A stretch of DNA of 64,000 bases, taken from contig NW_026515691.1 of assembly GCF_025526975.1 (NCBI RefSeq), positions 1 through 64,000 on the forward strand, written 5' to 3'. The notes below the pieces were generated by a model. It saw only the letters and a list, made by a program, of their open reading frames with translations, was not told the origin of the DNA and ran no database searches. Each line of letters opens with the position of its first letter. Position 1 is the first letter of the stretch. Positions 36,501-50,109 of this stretch are shown here, piece by piece. The position numbers were made by a program, and so were the translations under genes. Source of the stretch: Fimicolochytrium jonesii. Taxonomy: Eukaryota.

Positions 36501-39500
36501 GCAGGGTCCGGGATCGATGTAACCTTTTTGGAGGCGCTACCGGACGATTTGCGTCAGGAGGTCATCAATCAACACCTCGGAGAACAACAGCGCTCTCAAC
36601 GAGCTACTACTGTTCCACCGACCATCAGCTCAGAATTCCTAGATGCTTTACCGGCGGACATTCGAGACGAGGTACTGGCGCAGGAGCGGAGAGAACGAGA
36701 GCGGCGCGAAAGAGCTAGTCAGCCAGCTGCGGCAACTACGAGTGCTGGGCCAATGGAAATAGATCCTGCCAGCTTTTTGGCGACATTGGATCCCTTACTA
36801 CGACAAAGTGTTCTGCAGGAATCAGACGACGGCTTTTTGGCCACTTTACCGCCAGGATTGGTTGCGGAAGCCAATGCTTTCCGAGGACATCGCGCTCGAA
36901 GCCGATTTGCAGCGTCACAGCAGGCGCGATCTTTAGCAGCTGGATTGTCAGCTACTGGTCAACCTTCCGCTCTACCGGGCAAACGGCCTGGTCATCGCGA
37001 AGCCGTCCACTTACTCGATAAAGCCGCTCTGACAACACTGATCCGTATGCTTTTCTTGCCAGAGAACGTTGGCAAACAGCTGATTCACAAGACGCTTGTC
37101 AATCTTTGCGAGAACTCCAAGACGCGATTGGATCTCATATCTCTCTTCCTGTCGATTTTGGTGGAGGGAAGCACGGACTTGGCGTCTGTGGATAGAAGTT
37201 TCGCGCAGATGTCCATCAGAGGGAAGGGGAAGTTCGCCCTTACACCGAAGAAAGGACCAGCTACTCCTACTCCGCCAACCACCGCGGGAACCCAGGGAGA
37301 AAACGGTCCAAATATCGTCGCGCAACGATGTTTGGAGGCCCTCACCCAGATGGTCACCTACAATGAGGGTGTGGCACGCTTGCTCCTGGTGGAGAATGAG
37401 ATGCTAGCCAACAACCCGTTCAAGACGCCGAAAAAAGGCAAGGGCAAAGAGAAGGTCACCGACAACAGATATCCCGTAGTCGTCCTCCTCAGCCTTTTGC
37501 AACGACCGACGTTTTTGAACAGCGCTGAGTTGATCGAACAGCTTATGCATATCATATCCATCATTCTGCGCTTGTCGACCATCATGACGCAAAAGGCGAA
37601 GGAAGCGAGAGCTGAACAAAAAGCCACGGACAGCACATCGCCGACTGTTCTTCAGGATGTCAGTTCAGTTCCAGCTAGTTCTTCAACGGCCCCTCCTCCA
37701 GAGGAACCTATTGTTCGAGTTGAAGCACAACGGCCAACCCAAACACCGAAGAAGCCTACCAACAGCAGTGTCACAGAATTCAAGCCACCCTCCATACCGG
37801 AGCAGTACGTGTCAGCTGTAGTCAAAGTCCTCACGACCGCAGTATGCTCTGGCAAAACATTCCAATACACACTGTCTGTGGTCCAACATCTATGTTCCTT
37901 AGCAAACAACCGTGAGATCATCACGCGCGAGCTCACCTCGGTCGCTCAGGGTCTCGGCGATGCTATGATCCCCGATGTCGATGAACTGATCGTCGTCCTT
38001 CAATCCGCCAGCACTGCAGTTGAGGTTCAGAGTGCAACTCTTGGGAAGTTCTCACATGCCGGTGCCCTTCAAGCAAAGTTGCTTCGAGTCTTGAAGACGA
38101 TGGACTTCATTCACACGAAACACGGGCGACACCAGGAGAAACAGGCAACGAATGCCCCTCGCCCCGCACCTTCAGCTGCAGATGCCACTCCAGGGACAGG
38201 AGAGGCGTCCGCCGTTCAATCAGATCAGCAGGAGTCGCCAGTGGCCTCCGAAAAAGACAAGGAGATCGACTTGGAAACCAAGTTGACAACCATGTACGAT
38301 TCCCTTCAGCTGCCGAAGCTCTGGCAGAGATTGGGAGCTTGCCTGAGCATCATCAATGAGAAAGATGCACTCATTCATGTCGCTACTGTACTCCTTCCGG
38401 CCATCGAGTCTTTCATGGTCGTTTCCAAGCCGTATGTGATGAGGAAGAAGCCAGTGGTTGCTGCCACGACGGTTCAGACACCAGCTTTGAGCAGGGTCCC
38501 TACGCATCAATCCGCGGATCTTGCGAAAAACAACGAGGAGCTTTTCGTTTCTTTCACAGAAGAGCATCGGAAGATCCTGAACACAATGGTCCGGAATAGC
38601 CCGTCGTTGATGAGTGGCTCTTTCTGCCTTTTGGTGCAAAACCCGAAAGTACTGGAATTCGATAACAAGCGCACGTACTTCAACCAGCAGCTGCATAAGC
38701 GAACAAGTCGGGACCACTACGGGAGTCTGCAGATTAACGTCCGGCGGCAGTACGTCTTCGAAGATTCCTATCACCAACTGCAAGGCAGATCCGGGGATGA
38801 GATCAAGTTCAGCAAGCTGAACGTACGGTTCTATGAAGAGGAAGGCGTGGATGCCGGCGGAGTCACCCGGGAATGGTTTTCGGTTCTCGCTCGTCAGATG
38901 TTCAACCCTGACTACGCTCTGTTCCGTCCCTCCGCCGTGGACAAGGTCACCTACCAGCCTAATCGACTCTCTGGTATTAACCCTGATCACTTGTTGTACT
39001 TCAAGTTTGTTGGTCGCGTCATTGGAAAGGCTATCTACGATGGAAGATTATTGGATGCATACTTTACCAGATCATTCTACAAATCGATGATCGGCGCCCA
39101 AGTTGACTACAAGGACATGGAGGCCGTTGACCCAGAGTTCCACAAAAGTCTTGAGTGGATTTTGCAGAACGACATCACCGACGTGCTTGATCTGACGTTC
39201 AGCACTGAGATCGACGAGTTCGGGAAGAAGCAGACAATTGATCTCAAACCGGATGGTCGTAACATCCCTGTGACGGAGCAGAATAAGCACGAATACGTCA
39301 AGCTCGTCGTGAACCAGCGTCTCGTTACTGCCATTCACTCGCAAATCGAGGCCTTCCTTGGCGGTTTCCACGACGTCATTCCCAAAGATCTCGTCAAAAT
39401 CTTCAATGAGCAAGAGTTGGAGCTATTGATCTCTGGCATGCCTGACATCGACATCGACGACTGGAAGAACAACACCGAGTACCGAAACTACACCGCTTCT

Positions 39501-39931
39501 AGTCCACAAGTTCAGTGGTTCTGGCGGGCTGTCCGAAGTTTCTCGCAGGAGGAGCGTGCCAAGCTGGTGCAATTCGCCACTGGCACCAGTAAAGTGCCCC
39601 TGGAAGGGTTTGCCGAAATCCAAGGGTCAAGCGGAACGCAAAAGTTCCAAATACATAAGGACTTCGCCTCTTCCGATCGATTACCCAGCGCCCACACCTG
39701 GTAAGTAAGGGTTTTCTTGGCAACCGCTATGGTCCATTAGACTAACTGCATTCATTTCAGTTTTAACCAATTGGACCTCCCTGCGTACGAAACATATGAC
39801 CAACTTCGCGCAAGTTTGCTACTAGCAATATCGGAAGGTGGCACTGGTACGTGTTCAGTCCGTTCCGTACCTTTTTGAAGATGAGGGTTCTAACACTTTA
39901 GCTGCTTTATCCAGGTTTCGGATTCGCTTGA
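27571..39931 (+). CDS. TOM1: HECT E3 ubiquitin ligase Tom1/HUWE1, multi-exon
   Basis: N-terminal 'DFHHWIPVLNRFDSIL' (DUF908), DUF913-like region, UBA domain 'LVDMGFPRAAAETAL', acidic region, UBM repeats 'FLEALPDDLRQEV', HECT 'EEGVDAGGVTREWF', catalytic 'SAHT(C)|FNQLDLP' split by an intron, terminal GFGFA-TGA. Confidence 0.97.
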
Positions 39932-40200
39932 TCAGAATGCACTCTACGGCGTCGTTAAGCGGTATCATTCAGGCGGTATCCTTCAGAAAAGCACAGACGG
40001 GCCATATCCCGTAATTCAATATGTGCATGTAGATAGTTTAGCTTCTCTAGCATGATGTATTTGCTTAAAGGTCTAAGATCATCAGCGTCTAATGCCTTGC
40101 TGAAACAACTGCTGCGATCTACCATGTCTAGTTGGGCAGTATCCGCCACCCGAGTACCTATCCGAGTAGTCACAACAGTCGCCCTCTATCCCCAATGAGG

Positions 40201-40875
40201 CTATTCGGAGCTGTCCGACCCATCTGATGACGATCTACGTGCTTTTCGTAACTTCCGCATTGCAGCGGCTTGTTCTCGTATCTTCTCTGGCTTCCCTACA
40301 TTCTCTCGATCAAATGGACAGTGTCTACATCGGAAATGGAAGCTATTAGTCAGATTCTGTGAACTTCGCAGTCCCGCAGCTGGAAGACCCACCTGCAAGC
40401 ATTTCCGCTGCACAAAGAAACTAGTTAGGCACAGATATCGCTGAGGGTCGTGGGTATCCACTTACCAGCAATATCCCCGCTTCTTATGGGACTTTTCCAC
40501 AAACAACGAAAATGAGTTATTCGTTCATCTGCCTCCTCAAGGTAACAAGTAGATTATCTCCAACTCTACAATCCACCCACCAGCTCCGTAAAAACCGAAT
40601 ACCCAGTCCCTGGGTCTTTGTACGTGTCCTTCCCAGCCTAAGTTTAATTATCGACATATATGATATGTGGGATACGGTCAATACACGATCCCTCGAGCCG
40701 AACCTCCAGGATTGTCGGTGGGTCTCGCTCAGCTCTTCGTTTGTGCACTATGTAATGTTTTGAGTACCTCTACGGCTTCGTCATGAATCGCCTTCCATGG
40801 CGGTGCGTCTTCAATATCTTGCGGTCCTATTTGACTGTTGCTGCTCTCCGCATCAGGGTCCTTTGGGCCAGCCAT
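40201..40875 (-). CDS. Small Cys-motif protein, DUF5522/C1orf53-like, five exons
   Basis: Spliced product 'IHDEAVE|AGKDTYKDPGTGYSVFTEL|SHKKRGYC|CGNAC|RHCPFDRENV'; every junction is GT-AG and in frame. Confidence 0.8.
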
Positions 40876-41269
40876 ACTTTGAGTCTGGCGGGAGCGCAAT
40901 ACTGAAGATATAAGACACCTGTTGACGATCTGCTGAAAGGAAATAGGCCGATATCGGGCGGAGAAGGTCGCCGCAAAAGACCTATGGAGGGCTTGGAAGC
41001 ACGCTCGAACAAACATGCAACGAACTGGAAGTATGTAGCGCACAGACAAGCGTCGTCTAACCACTGCGACGCTGTCCTTTTCCTATGTGGTGTATCTGCA
41101 GCAGCAGCCGGTGTTTCTGGTCCTTTTGAAGTTGAATGATGCGAAGAGTGCGAAGGTCGTTTATACGCAGGTTTGGGCGAGCGCGTTTGTTCTTGTTTTC
41201 TCCAAAAGTTCAAACCTGTCCAAATCAGTGTCCAAATATTCTCCCGGAGGTTCTTGGAAAACGGCAAAC

Positions 41270-43977
41270 ATGGCTGGAACCATTACAGCCAACCCTGCTT
41301 CACCTGCAGCCGCGTCGGAGGCTACTGCCTCAGACGCTGTGACGGTGAAACGACTGTATGTGTCAGGACTTCGGGAGGACATTGACAAGAAGGACCTTGG
41401 TGGTCGGTTCGCCACTTTTGGTAAGGTCGTCTCCGTCGATTTGGCCGGAGGCGGTCCTTTAGGAGGATGCAGAGGTTTTGGATACGTTACCATAGAGGGA
41501 AAGCCCTCTTCCATAGCAAAATGTAAGCTTCTTGTGTCTTCGAGGCGCTCTATACTCCGTTCTCACTCTTCATGACAGGTCAGTCCATTTACAACGGCTC
41601 AAAATGGAAGGGAATGCAACTCCACGTCGAAGAAGCAAAGCAGGATTATATGACAAAGCTGAAAAGAGAGTGGGCGGAGATTCAGGCGCAAGAAGACTCC
41701 CGCAAAGACGGGAGAACGCCGACAATCAGTAACAAAAAGCGGAAGAAGAGAGCTGTAGACCATGCCGCAGATATGACGCTCGTGACAGATAGAAACTGCA
41801 AGAACAAAAAGAACTGGAGGTTGTCTCGCTTTGGGCGTGGTGTCTCGGTGTTTCGGTATAGGAATAGAGCCACCGGAAAGGTACGATCGTTACTCGATGA
41901 CGGGAAAGTCACGTCTCACATACTAAATGAAGCGCATATCATTCAGCTTGTCACCATTGACCCTCTACGACATAAAAACAACATCACGAGGCCAGAAAGC
42001 TACGCTCAATTCACACCTGTGGTTCGCCTTACATGGCCGTCCGACAATATTGTGGCCCCAGCCAAAGCGAATCGACCAACATCCAGTGTTTTGGTCGATG
42101 GGACGATGGCGCCAATAGAAGTGACGGAAGAAGTGACTGGGGGGCTATTCGACGACACAGACGATGAAGAAGGTCCAAACCCCAGACGAGAGTCGGACTA
42201 CACCTCGGAATCGGGAGATGACTCGGATGAGACACCAGATCTGTTTGACGAGCCGGAGTTGATGGACATAGAGCAAAAGACACCGTTAGTGGACGAAGAG
42301 GATGTGGGCACCTCGCCAATGGTTGTCGACAGCGACCCAACCTTGGACGATGATGACTTTGAAATTGTACCCCAGGGGGGGAACACCTCAGAATCGCGAG
42401 TCTCACTACCGCATAGGTTCTCGGACGACGACGATGACGACTTTGCCCCTCCCACGTCCGCGCCTCAACCTGCACCGATCCGCAAAAAGAGGACGCTGGA
42501 TGAGATGGAAGCTGAACAAAAACTGTCGAACGAGCGCTTGCGGTTGTTACAGTTGGCAGAGTTGACAGTCGTAGAGCCAAAGGTCACTGCCCAGACAAAT
42601 TCTAGCAAAGTCGCGTCCTTCGAAGACGAAGGAGACAGCAGTGATAGTGATAGTGACAGTGACAGTGACAGTGGCGAGACGAAGACGCCAGGGGTTGCTG
42701 GAAATGTTGCGAGTGTGAACGGAACTCAAGCGAACGTCCCGAGTACCGAGGAGAATGCAGAACCCGCACGGAATGTAATCAGTTTCGAGGACGATGACGA
42801 ACCGGTTGGAGGAGCATATGTTCTGACCTCAGACGATGATTCGGACGACGACGATGGCTCCGAACCGAGCAGTGGAGTTGCGGAACCGGACCGAGTCAAT
42901 GCCGGTGGGCCGACCATAGCGGAGACAGAAGTAGATGGCGTCAGACTGGAGGTCACATTGCGGAGGTCCTCTTTGACCATCAATAGCGGCAGCGAATCGT
43001 CTCACGTGGAAGAGGTGAAAACGGTTTCTACTACTCCATTGCAGAACTGGAACGGGGAGTTTGCAGAACCAAACGAAGAAGAGCCGGATTCGGATTCTGG
43101 GTCTGACTCGAAATCTGAGGCGGAATCTGCCACGGATTCTGATAGCTCCGTGTCGGATGAAGAATCGAGTATTTACAGCCAAAAGGACGACAATCCAACG
43201 AGCGCAACGCCGCTGGAAGTTGCCGGTGGTGCGTCGATTGAACTACCCACCACATCCGGTGAAGCTGCATCAGAGTTCTCCTCGGAATCGGACGAGAGCT
43301 CATTCGCAGCCACACATTCGGGAGAAGAGTCCAAGGGAGAGAGAAATATCGATTCATTAATGAAGGAGGACGCTGAACGTGAACAGAAAACGGAAAATGC
43401 TTCCGCGGCTGCCACAAGCAGTCGGAAGGGTGCGGATAGTCAGGGGGCTCAAACGGCCGTCGCAGTTCCAGCAATGTCCGGGGATAGACACTACGCGGTC
43501 AATACGAATCTGCGAGCGCTGGTGTTTGGCGGAGATGAAGCCGAGAGCAGCGGCTTCTCCCTCTTTGGAGGCCCAGAAGATGACGCTGCAACCAAAGCCG
43601 ATCAGGCTTCTTCATTCTCTTTGTTCCCTTTCGCTAACGACGAGTCTTCGGAAGCTCCGATGGCGGATACCTTCACGTCTTTCGCTCAGCCGTCAGCCAT
43701 TACATCGTCAATGCGTGCATACACAACCCCAGCGGTCCACGATAGCTTCAGCAGCTCAATCCCTCTTTTCTTTCTCCACCTCGACAAGCCAGAGCTCGCT
43801 CATCGCTCGAACTACGCTCCCAACGGGACTTTCATGCGAACGCAGACAGAGGCAGAGATCACGATGCAATGGGAAGACAGCCGGAGAGACTTGACGTACG
43901 AGTTCAAGAGCAAGCACAAGAGTGCTGCGAGGAAGCGGGAGAAGCTGAAACGGAGTAGAGGCGGTGCACGTGGGTAG
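41270..43977 (+). CDS. NOL8: Nucleolar RRM protein Nop8/NOL8-like
   Basis: N-terminal RRM 'KRLYVSGL...RFATFGKV...CRGFGYVTI...YNGSKWKGMQLHVEEAKQDYMTKLKREW', long acidic middle region, and C-terminal 'WEDSRRDLTYEFKSKHKSAARKR'. Confidence 0.8.
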
Positions 43978-44392
43978 AAGCCGTAGAGTATGGCGTGCGG
44001 TGTATGTGTAGGCCAGTTAGATAAATACATAGATTCTGCTCTCGTCCGACATCTCCTCGTTTAGGCCCAATAATATATCTTCTCAATTCTATGGCTGCAA
44101 AGCAGACAGAGCTCTACGCTCGTCGCATGGCGTCCCGTAGGCCGCGACGCGTGCCGCATCTGACTGACAGTGACCTTCTTCACAAGCCTCTGCGCCGTTC
44201 CCTTCGTTCCTTTCTTACTGCCTCCACCGCTTCAAAGACCAACATCTTCCCCATACGTGAGAATTTTTTTCTTTGACCAGCTGGGGATAGTCAGCTGAGC
44301 TACATGCGACCATCTCACGCTTGAACCGGTAATGCTGCGAGTGCCTTTGGGATCTGCCTGCCGCTGATGAGTTGAAATCTCTAGCTCCACGT

Positions 44393-44430
44393 GGGGTTAG
44401 GGTTAACCCTTTCGGGTTAGCCCTAACCCC
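44393..44430. repeat. Inverted telomere-like repeat hairpin
   Basis: GGGGTTAGGGTTAACCC-TTTC-GGGTTAGCCCTAACCCC: 17-bp arms with a single G/T mismatch. Confidence 0.85.
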
Positions 44431-44829
44431 TCCTGACATTCCTCTAAGGCAGAGACTGTCCACTGGCTTCCAGGCAACGTGCACTAGTAAGCATAATGGC
44501 ATTGCAGGGGCTTTGCAGCCATAGCAATCGCCCCGCCTACGGCGGCTACCAATGGACATAAGGCTTTGGAAGCCTGCAGGCAGGTTACGGTTCTGGACGA
44601 TCATACCCATATGGTGCACGGTAAAAGCGTCGGGCAGGTGCAAGTTGCAACCCGATTTCACAGGGGTTTCGCCCATCATCAGACACGTCCGCCCTTTCGG
44701 ACGTGCTGTTTTCGGACTCGATTGCGTCCGATGGACCTGCGAGTTCTCTCCCAAGCACAGCACAAATCCCTTGTACTATTCCGCCCAACAAGAACTAACT
44801 TGATCGACATTAGAGGACTACCCAGCAAT

Positions 44830-47800
44830 ATGTCCTCCAGGAATTCTGCCCCTAATTCCCCTGCCACACCACGGAGCAGTCGGCAACGACGACAAGCACT
44901 TGAGCCCATTGTACGGCAGGATGAATCTCAGGACACAGCGTCGACCTTCGGAGACTCGGCAACACCGTCCGGACTGACCGGCGCAAAGTCGCTGTCCCGC
45001 TCGTTAACGTCCTCTGTCCAACGAGACAGTGCAGGGGCCAGAACTCAAGGCGACGTCTTCTCTGACCTCGAGAATGAACAGTTAGGCGAGGACCAAAATG
45101 GGGGTCAGCAGAAGCGGGGAGACGGTCGTCGTGCTGCGGCTGCCTCTCAAAGCTCAGTTTTGTCGTCACCTTTGATCCGCCGTGATGTACCGATGGGAAC
45201 GGACCCACCGGGAGGGGCCGCTCAATCACCTGCACCAAGGAAGCGCACAGCTGCTGGTAAGTTCGTTTGCCTCTGGTTTATTTGTCTCATGGGTGTTAAC
45301 GAACTCCTATGCAGACACCGTTGGATCTCCCCTCGCGTACCCACCTTCATCGGACGGCCCTGACCGGAGACGACGCCAGAACCCTTTGTCGCAAGTCACA
45401 GATGGCTTTTCCCGAACCTCCTTCTCTGGCTCTGGCGCTCGCGCATTAGGATCGACCCCTCGCAACCGCCGTGGTGATATTGCAGGCAACCGTTTCGTTG
45501 ATCGTCTCTTGCAAGCACAGCAAGATGGCAGTGAAGGACCGGTTGGTCGGAATCTTTTGGATGCCTTCAATGGTATTGGGATGACATCTGAGGGCGACGT
45601 TGCTCAATCTGATCCCGCCGCCGTTACGACGGTCATCTGGGGAACAACGGTCAATATGGCACAGGCGATGAATATGTTCAGGAACTTCATATTGAACTTT
45701 TGTCGGAATGATGCGAATGCGGGAACGGATGACATGGAGACGGACTCTGTGCCGTTCTATCCTCGGTTGCTCCAAAACGTACGTTCGTCTAGTTCAACTA
45801 CGAAGGCGATGCCTATGCTGATGCGTTACACTCTCTTTAGTTGAAAGACAGCGAACGGTACAACATGAACTTGGACTGCTCGAACATTCGTAGCTACAGG
45901 CCGTCTTTGAAGCTGTACCACCAACTCCAAAGATACCCTCAAGAAGTCATCCCTCTCATGGATCATGTTCTGTCAGAAATTGCACGGGAAATGTTCGATG
46001 ACTTCCCTGAAGGTGTCCAAATGAGAGTTCGTCCTTTCAATCTGGAAAGATCCGTGAACTTGAGGCAGCTAAACCCATCGGGTACAGTCTTTCATGTTCC
46101 GGAATTGAGTTGACAAATGGAAGTGCTAAAGTTCTTTGTTTCTACAGACATTGATCAGCTCGTGACGGTTAAAGGAATCTTGATCAGGTCTTCGCCGTTA
46201 ATTCCCGACTTGAATCTAGGTAGGTGCCATACCGGTGGCCACCAGAATTGTTGGTCTCAGACGCCATCTTTAACGTCATTGCTTTAGCTTTCTTCCGGTG
46301 CCATGTTTGTGATCACACCGTAGAGGTCGAAACCGATCGTGGACGGGTCGACGAACCTACGAGATGCCCGCGTGAGGCTTGCAAAACACAAAACTCGATG
46401 AGGCTGGTCCACAATCGATGCGTGTTTGCCGACAAACAGATTTGCCGTCTTCAAGAGACCCCCGATGAGACACCCGACGGTCAAACTCCGCACACGGTCT
46501 CGATGTGCATATACAATGATCTCGTCGACGTGTCCAAAGCTGGTGACAGGGTGGAGATCACTGGTATCTTCCGTGGAGTCCCTGTGCGTGTTAACCCCCG
46601 TCAAAGGGCTATCAAGGCCCTCTTCAAGACTTACGTGGACATTGTTCACATCAAGCGCACTGACGACAAGAGGCTCGGTGTAGACAAAAGCATACATGCT
46701 GAAAACGAATACACAGTCGACTTTGATGAAGGCGATAGTCTCCAAGAGGCCGATCCCGTTCAGGAGCAGACCATCATTGAGCTATCCCAACGGCCGGACA
46801 TGTACGATCTTCTCTCGCGCTCCATCGCGCCTTCGATCTTTGGATTGGAAGATGTCAAGAAAGGAGTTCTCTTGCAACTGTTTGGAGGGGCCAACAAGTT
46901 TAACAAAGAGAAGCCCGGAACGCCGCGTATCCGTGGAGACATCAATATCCTGCTGGTTGGAGACCCTGGTGTCAGTAAATCTCAATTGCTCGCTTACGTG
47001 CATAAGGTTGCGCCCAGAGGTGTCTACACATCTGGAAAAGGATCGTCTGCTGTTGGTTTGACGGCGTATATCACAAGGGACCCGGATAGCAAGCAACTCG
47101 TGCTGGAGAGGTAAGACTCTGAAATATGTCATGGTGGACGAAGGGTGGAGCTGACATGGTTCTGCCTTAGTGGTGCCTTGGTGCTGAGTGATGGAGGAAT
47201 CTGCTGTATCGATGAATTCGATAAAATGTCGGACTACACCCGATCTGTCCTTCACGAAGTCATGGTGAGCATCTGGTGTAAGCATATACCAGTTTCGAAA
47301 GCCAACGCTGTTTTGCAGGAACAACAAACTATCTCCGTCGCTAAAGCTGGCATCATCACAACCCTCAACGCCCGTACATCCATTCTTGCATGTGCGAATC
47401 CCATCAAGTCCAAATTCGACGAGAACCTCTCTGTTATCGAGAACGTGAACCTCCCGGCACCATTGCTATCGAGGTTCGACCTGACCTATTTGATCTTGGA
47501 CAAGCCGAACGAGCGCGACGATCGCAGATTGGCCCAGCATTTGGTTGGGTTCTATGTTGGAGCTGAGGAGCTTCAGCGGCGATTGGTGCACATGGACGAG
47601 TTTGTGGTATGTGCTCTGTAAGCTGGATCTTCAACCGGAGACAATCCTTTGACGAATCGCGTAATTGTGGTGTATTTCAGCCCATCGAGACGTTTGCAAA
47701 GTACATCAACTACGCACGGTCAAAGATCAACCCAGTCATCTCTGAGGATGCTGGTGAAGCGCTGATTGACTATTACGTGAAGCTGCGGAACATGGGGAAA

Positions 47801-48457
47801 GATGGCGGCAGCAACACCGTCACGTTCACAACCAGGCAGCTGGAGAGTATGATTCGGTTGGCTGAGGGACATGCTCGGATGAGGTATGGGAGGATGCTGG
47901 TATTTGGAAAGCGAGAGGCCTCAGTCCTGACCAAGTACTTCTCTTTCAGGCTGTCTTTGACTGTAGACAGGATTGATGTCGACGAAGCCCATCGGTGAGT
48001 GGTAAATTGCGGCGGATCTCTCTCCTCTGCTTCCTTACTCACAGACCCCTCCGTTTTAGCTTGGTCCACACCGCCCTTCAGACCGCCGCCATCGACCCCA
48101 AAACCGGATTGATCGATTTAGATCTCGTCAACACGGGCATCAGCTCCCGATCGCGACGGGTGCATGCGGACAAGCGAGCCGCTTTGCGAGCGCTTCTTCA
48201 GAACATGGACCGCGTTAGCGTCAAGTGGGTTGAGGCTTTCCGCATGTTTGGGGACCAGTCCGATGAGGTAAGACACTGCCGCATTTCACTGGCAAATGAG
48301 GGTCGCCTCAACTCATCTCACCCGCGTTGTTCTTCCCCAGCACATCCCTGAATACGAATTCAACCAGCTACTGGACGAGCTGTCGGATGAGGGTTCGGTG
48401 CACGTTACAGGGCGTAGCAATGCTGAAAAGATGATTCGCAAGACGGGAGGGATGTGA
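44830..48457 (+). CDS. MCM4: DNA replication licensing factor MCM4, multi-exon
   Basis: S/T-P-rich N-terminus, 'VIWGTTVN', zinc finger, '[18 protein letters not shown]', Walker A '[11 protein letters not shown]', 'IDEFDKM', arginine finger 'LLSRFD', '[18 protein letters not shown]'. Confidence 0.95.
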
Positions 48458-48809
48458 GATGAGTTCGGCAGAGCGAGGTCAACTTGGCGTTGTATGAAAG
48501 ATTTCGGTGTTGGACAGCATTTGTGTATATCTGAGTTTTCAAGACCTGGCTTCCTTGTAATATATTCATGCAGGCGTAGATGCTTTGTTTGGGATACCTA
48601 CACATTTGCTATCGGACAGACGCCAAGAGAAAGTTTTCCTTTTTTGAACTACGCTTGGCTGGGAAGATATCATTTTCATTCACTACCTACTATGTACAAT
48701 GGCCTTCGGCCTCAATAAACGACTCCTACGCAAAAAACTCTTCCCGCAATACTATCGGCTCAGAAAGGCACTTCGGACGCGCTATGCGTTGAACGGCTCA
48801 TCAAGCCAA

Positions 48810-49667
48810 CTATCTACCATACGCCTGGCTTCTCTCGCCATCTTCCTGATGCTCTGATCGATGTTGCTCTCCTTCAGCACCCTGTTCGTGGTGACTGGCG
48901 CGGAGGTCCTCATCCGCTCTTCTTGTAACGTTGATGCCACCTACGTAGATTTTTGACCCATGAGCAATGAGTCTAAATTTTCCAGACATATCCGACGCTA
49001 CTTACGTTGTGCCACCTTGATCTTTGCGATATTGGGGCCTTCCCCTTTTGCCTTGTAATAACTCAGCTTTCCCTCGACAATAACATATGCCCTACAAAAC
49101 CAAGGAACGGTTCCTCAATAACCGAAGTAAACTGTCTCCCACGTTAGAATAAAGGGTATAAGTAGTCCGTACCCCTTCTCAAAGTCTTGAGGCAGCTCTC
49201 CCTCGAGCTGGACCTGGTGCCACAGGAGGACGTTCTTCCATTCCCCCGTCTCCGGATTCTTCTTGCCCTCCCTGGTCACAACAGGAAAGTTCCACCTACC
49301 CGTCCCGTCTTTGAACTCCACTCTCCTCGCATCATCACCGACGCGACCGTGTACGATGACCTTCTGGTAATCGGCTGCGGGCAATTCTAGTCGTTAGAGT
49401 CGGTGGAAGCATAGGACTGAAAGTGTCCTTTTCACATGGAAGATGGAAGGGTCTCATGGACGCGGAACTTACGACGGAGGAAAGCGGCAGGAGTTGTGCT
49501 TGTGAATGACTAGATCGAAGAAGATAGAAAGACAAAAGGTTCGCCCGGTAAGCAAGATGGTTTCATCTGGCCGCGAGAGATGACCTGTCACTGGCCGGGA
49601 GACCCTCCACACTCACCCTTGCTTGACGCAGGACAGGACAGGCCCGGCGAGCCTGAGTGAGGAACAT
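48810..49667 (-). CDS. RIM1: Mitochondrial single-stranded DNA-binding protein (SSB OB-fold), multi-exon
   Basis: Presequence 'MFLTQARRACPVLRQAR'; SSB fold 'KVIVHGRVGDD...WHQVQ...FEKG|AYVIVEGKLSY'; TAG at 48810-48812. Confidence 0.75.
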
Positions 49668-50109
49668 TCTTATCCAAGCTGACAGCTTCAGATAAATGCG
49701 ATACGGTGAGAGGACGCTTGCTGCTCGCTCGGTTGGAAGTTGATGAGTTGTGGGGGGCTGGGAGGGAAGATTGTTGACGTGAGCAGCGGGAGACTCCTTG
49801 CGACGTGCGGATGTCCGAACTGACTGCTGCGCCACTTGCCCGTCTGGGGTCTACATTTACAACACGACATGCTGGTGCACGGCTTTCCATCTGCGCTCTC
49901 TCATCAGCGCACTTCCAAAGCTGGCTCCCAGGGCACATCACCTGCAAGTCTCTCGCCAAAAAGGTCTCTCTGTGGGAAGATAGGAAACGAACGGCTCGCA
50001 ACTCCGGCGCCGCACACGCAGTACGTACACAAATCCCCGCTAGCGGTCATAGATGCTGCCTCTGGTTTCGTTCTCGGAATGGAGCAGAGCGCGTGCATCC
50101 CGCGGAATA

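Noticed and set aside
44147..44152. MCB element (ACGCGT) upstream of MCM4
   Set aside because: A single 6-mer about 680 bp upstream in GC-rich DNA is expected by chance.
44393..44430. Telomere-like palindrome as a telomerase template or chromosome end
   Set aside because: The repeats are locked in a self-complementary hairpin, there is no tandem array, and I found no adjacent pseudoknot or CR4/5.
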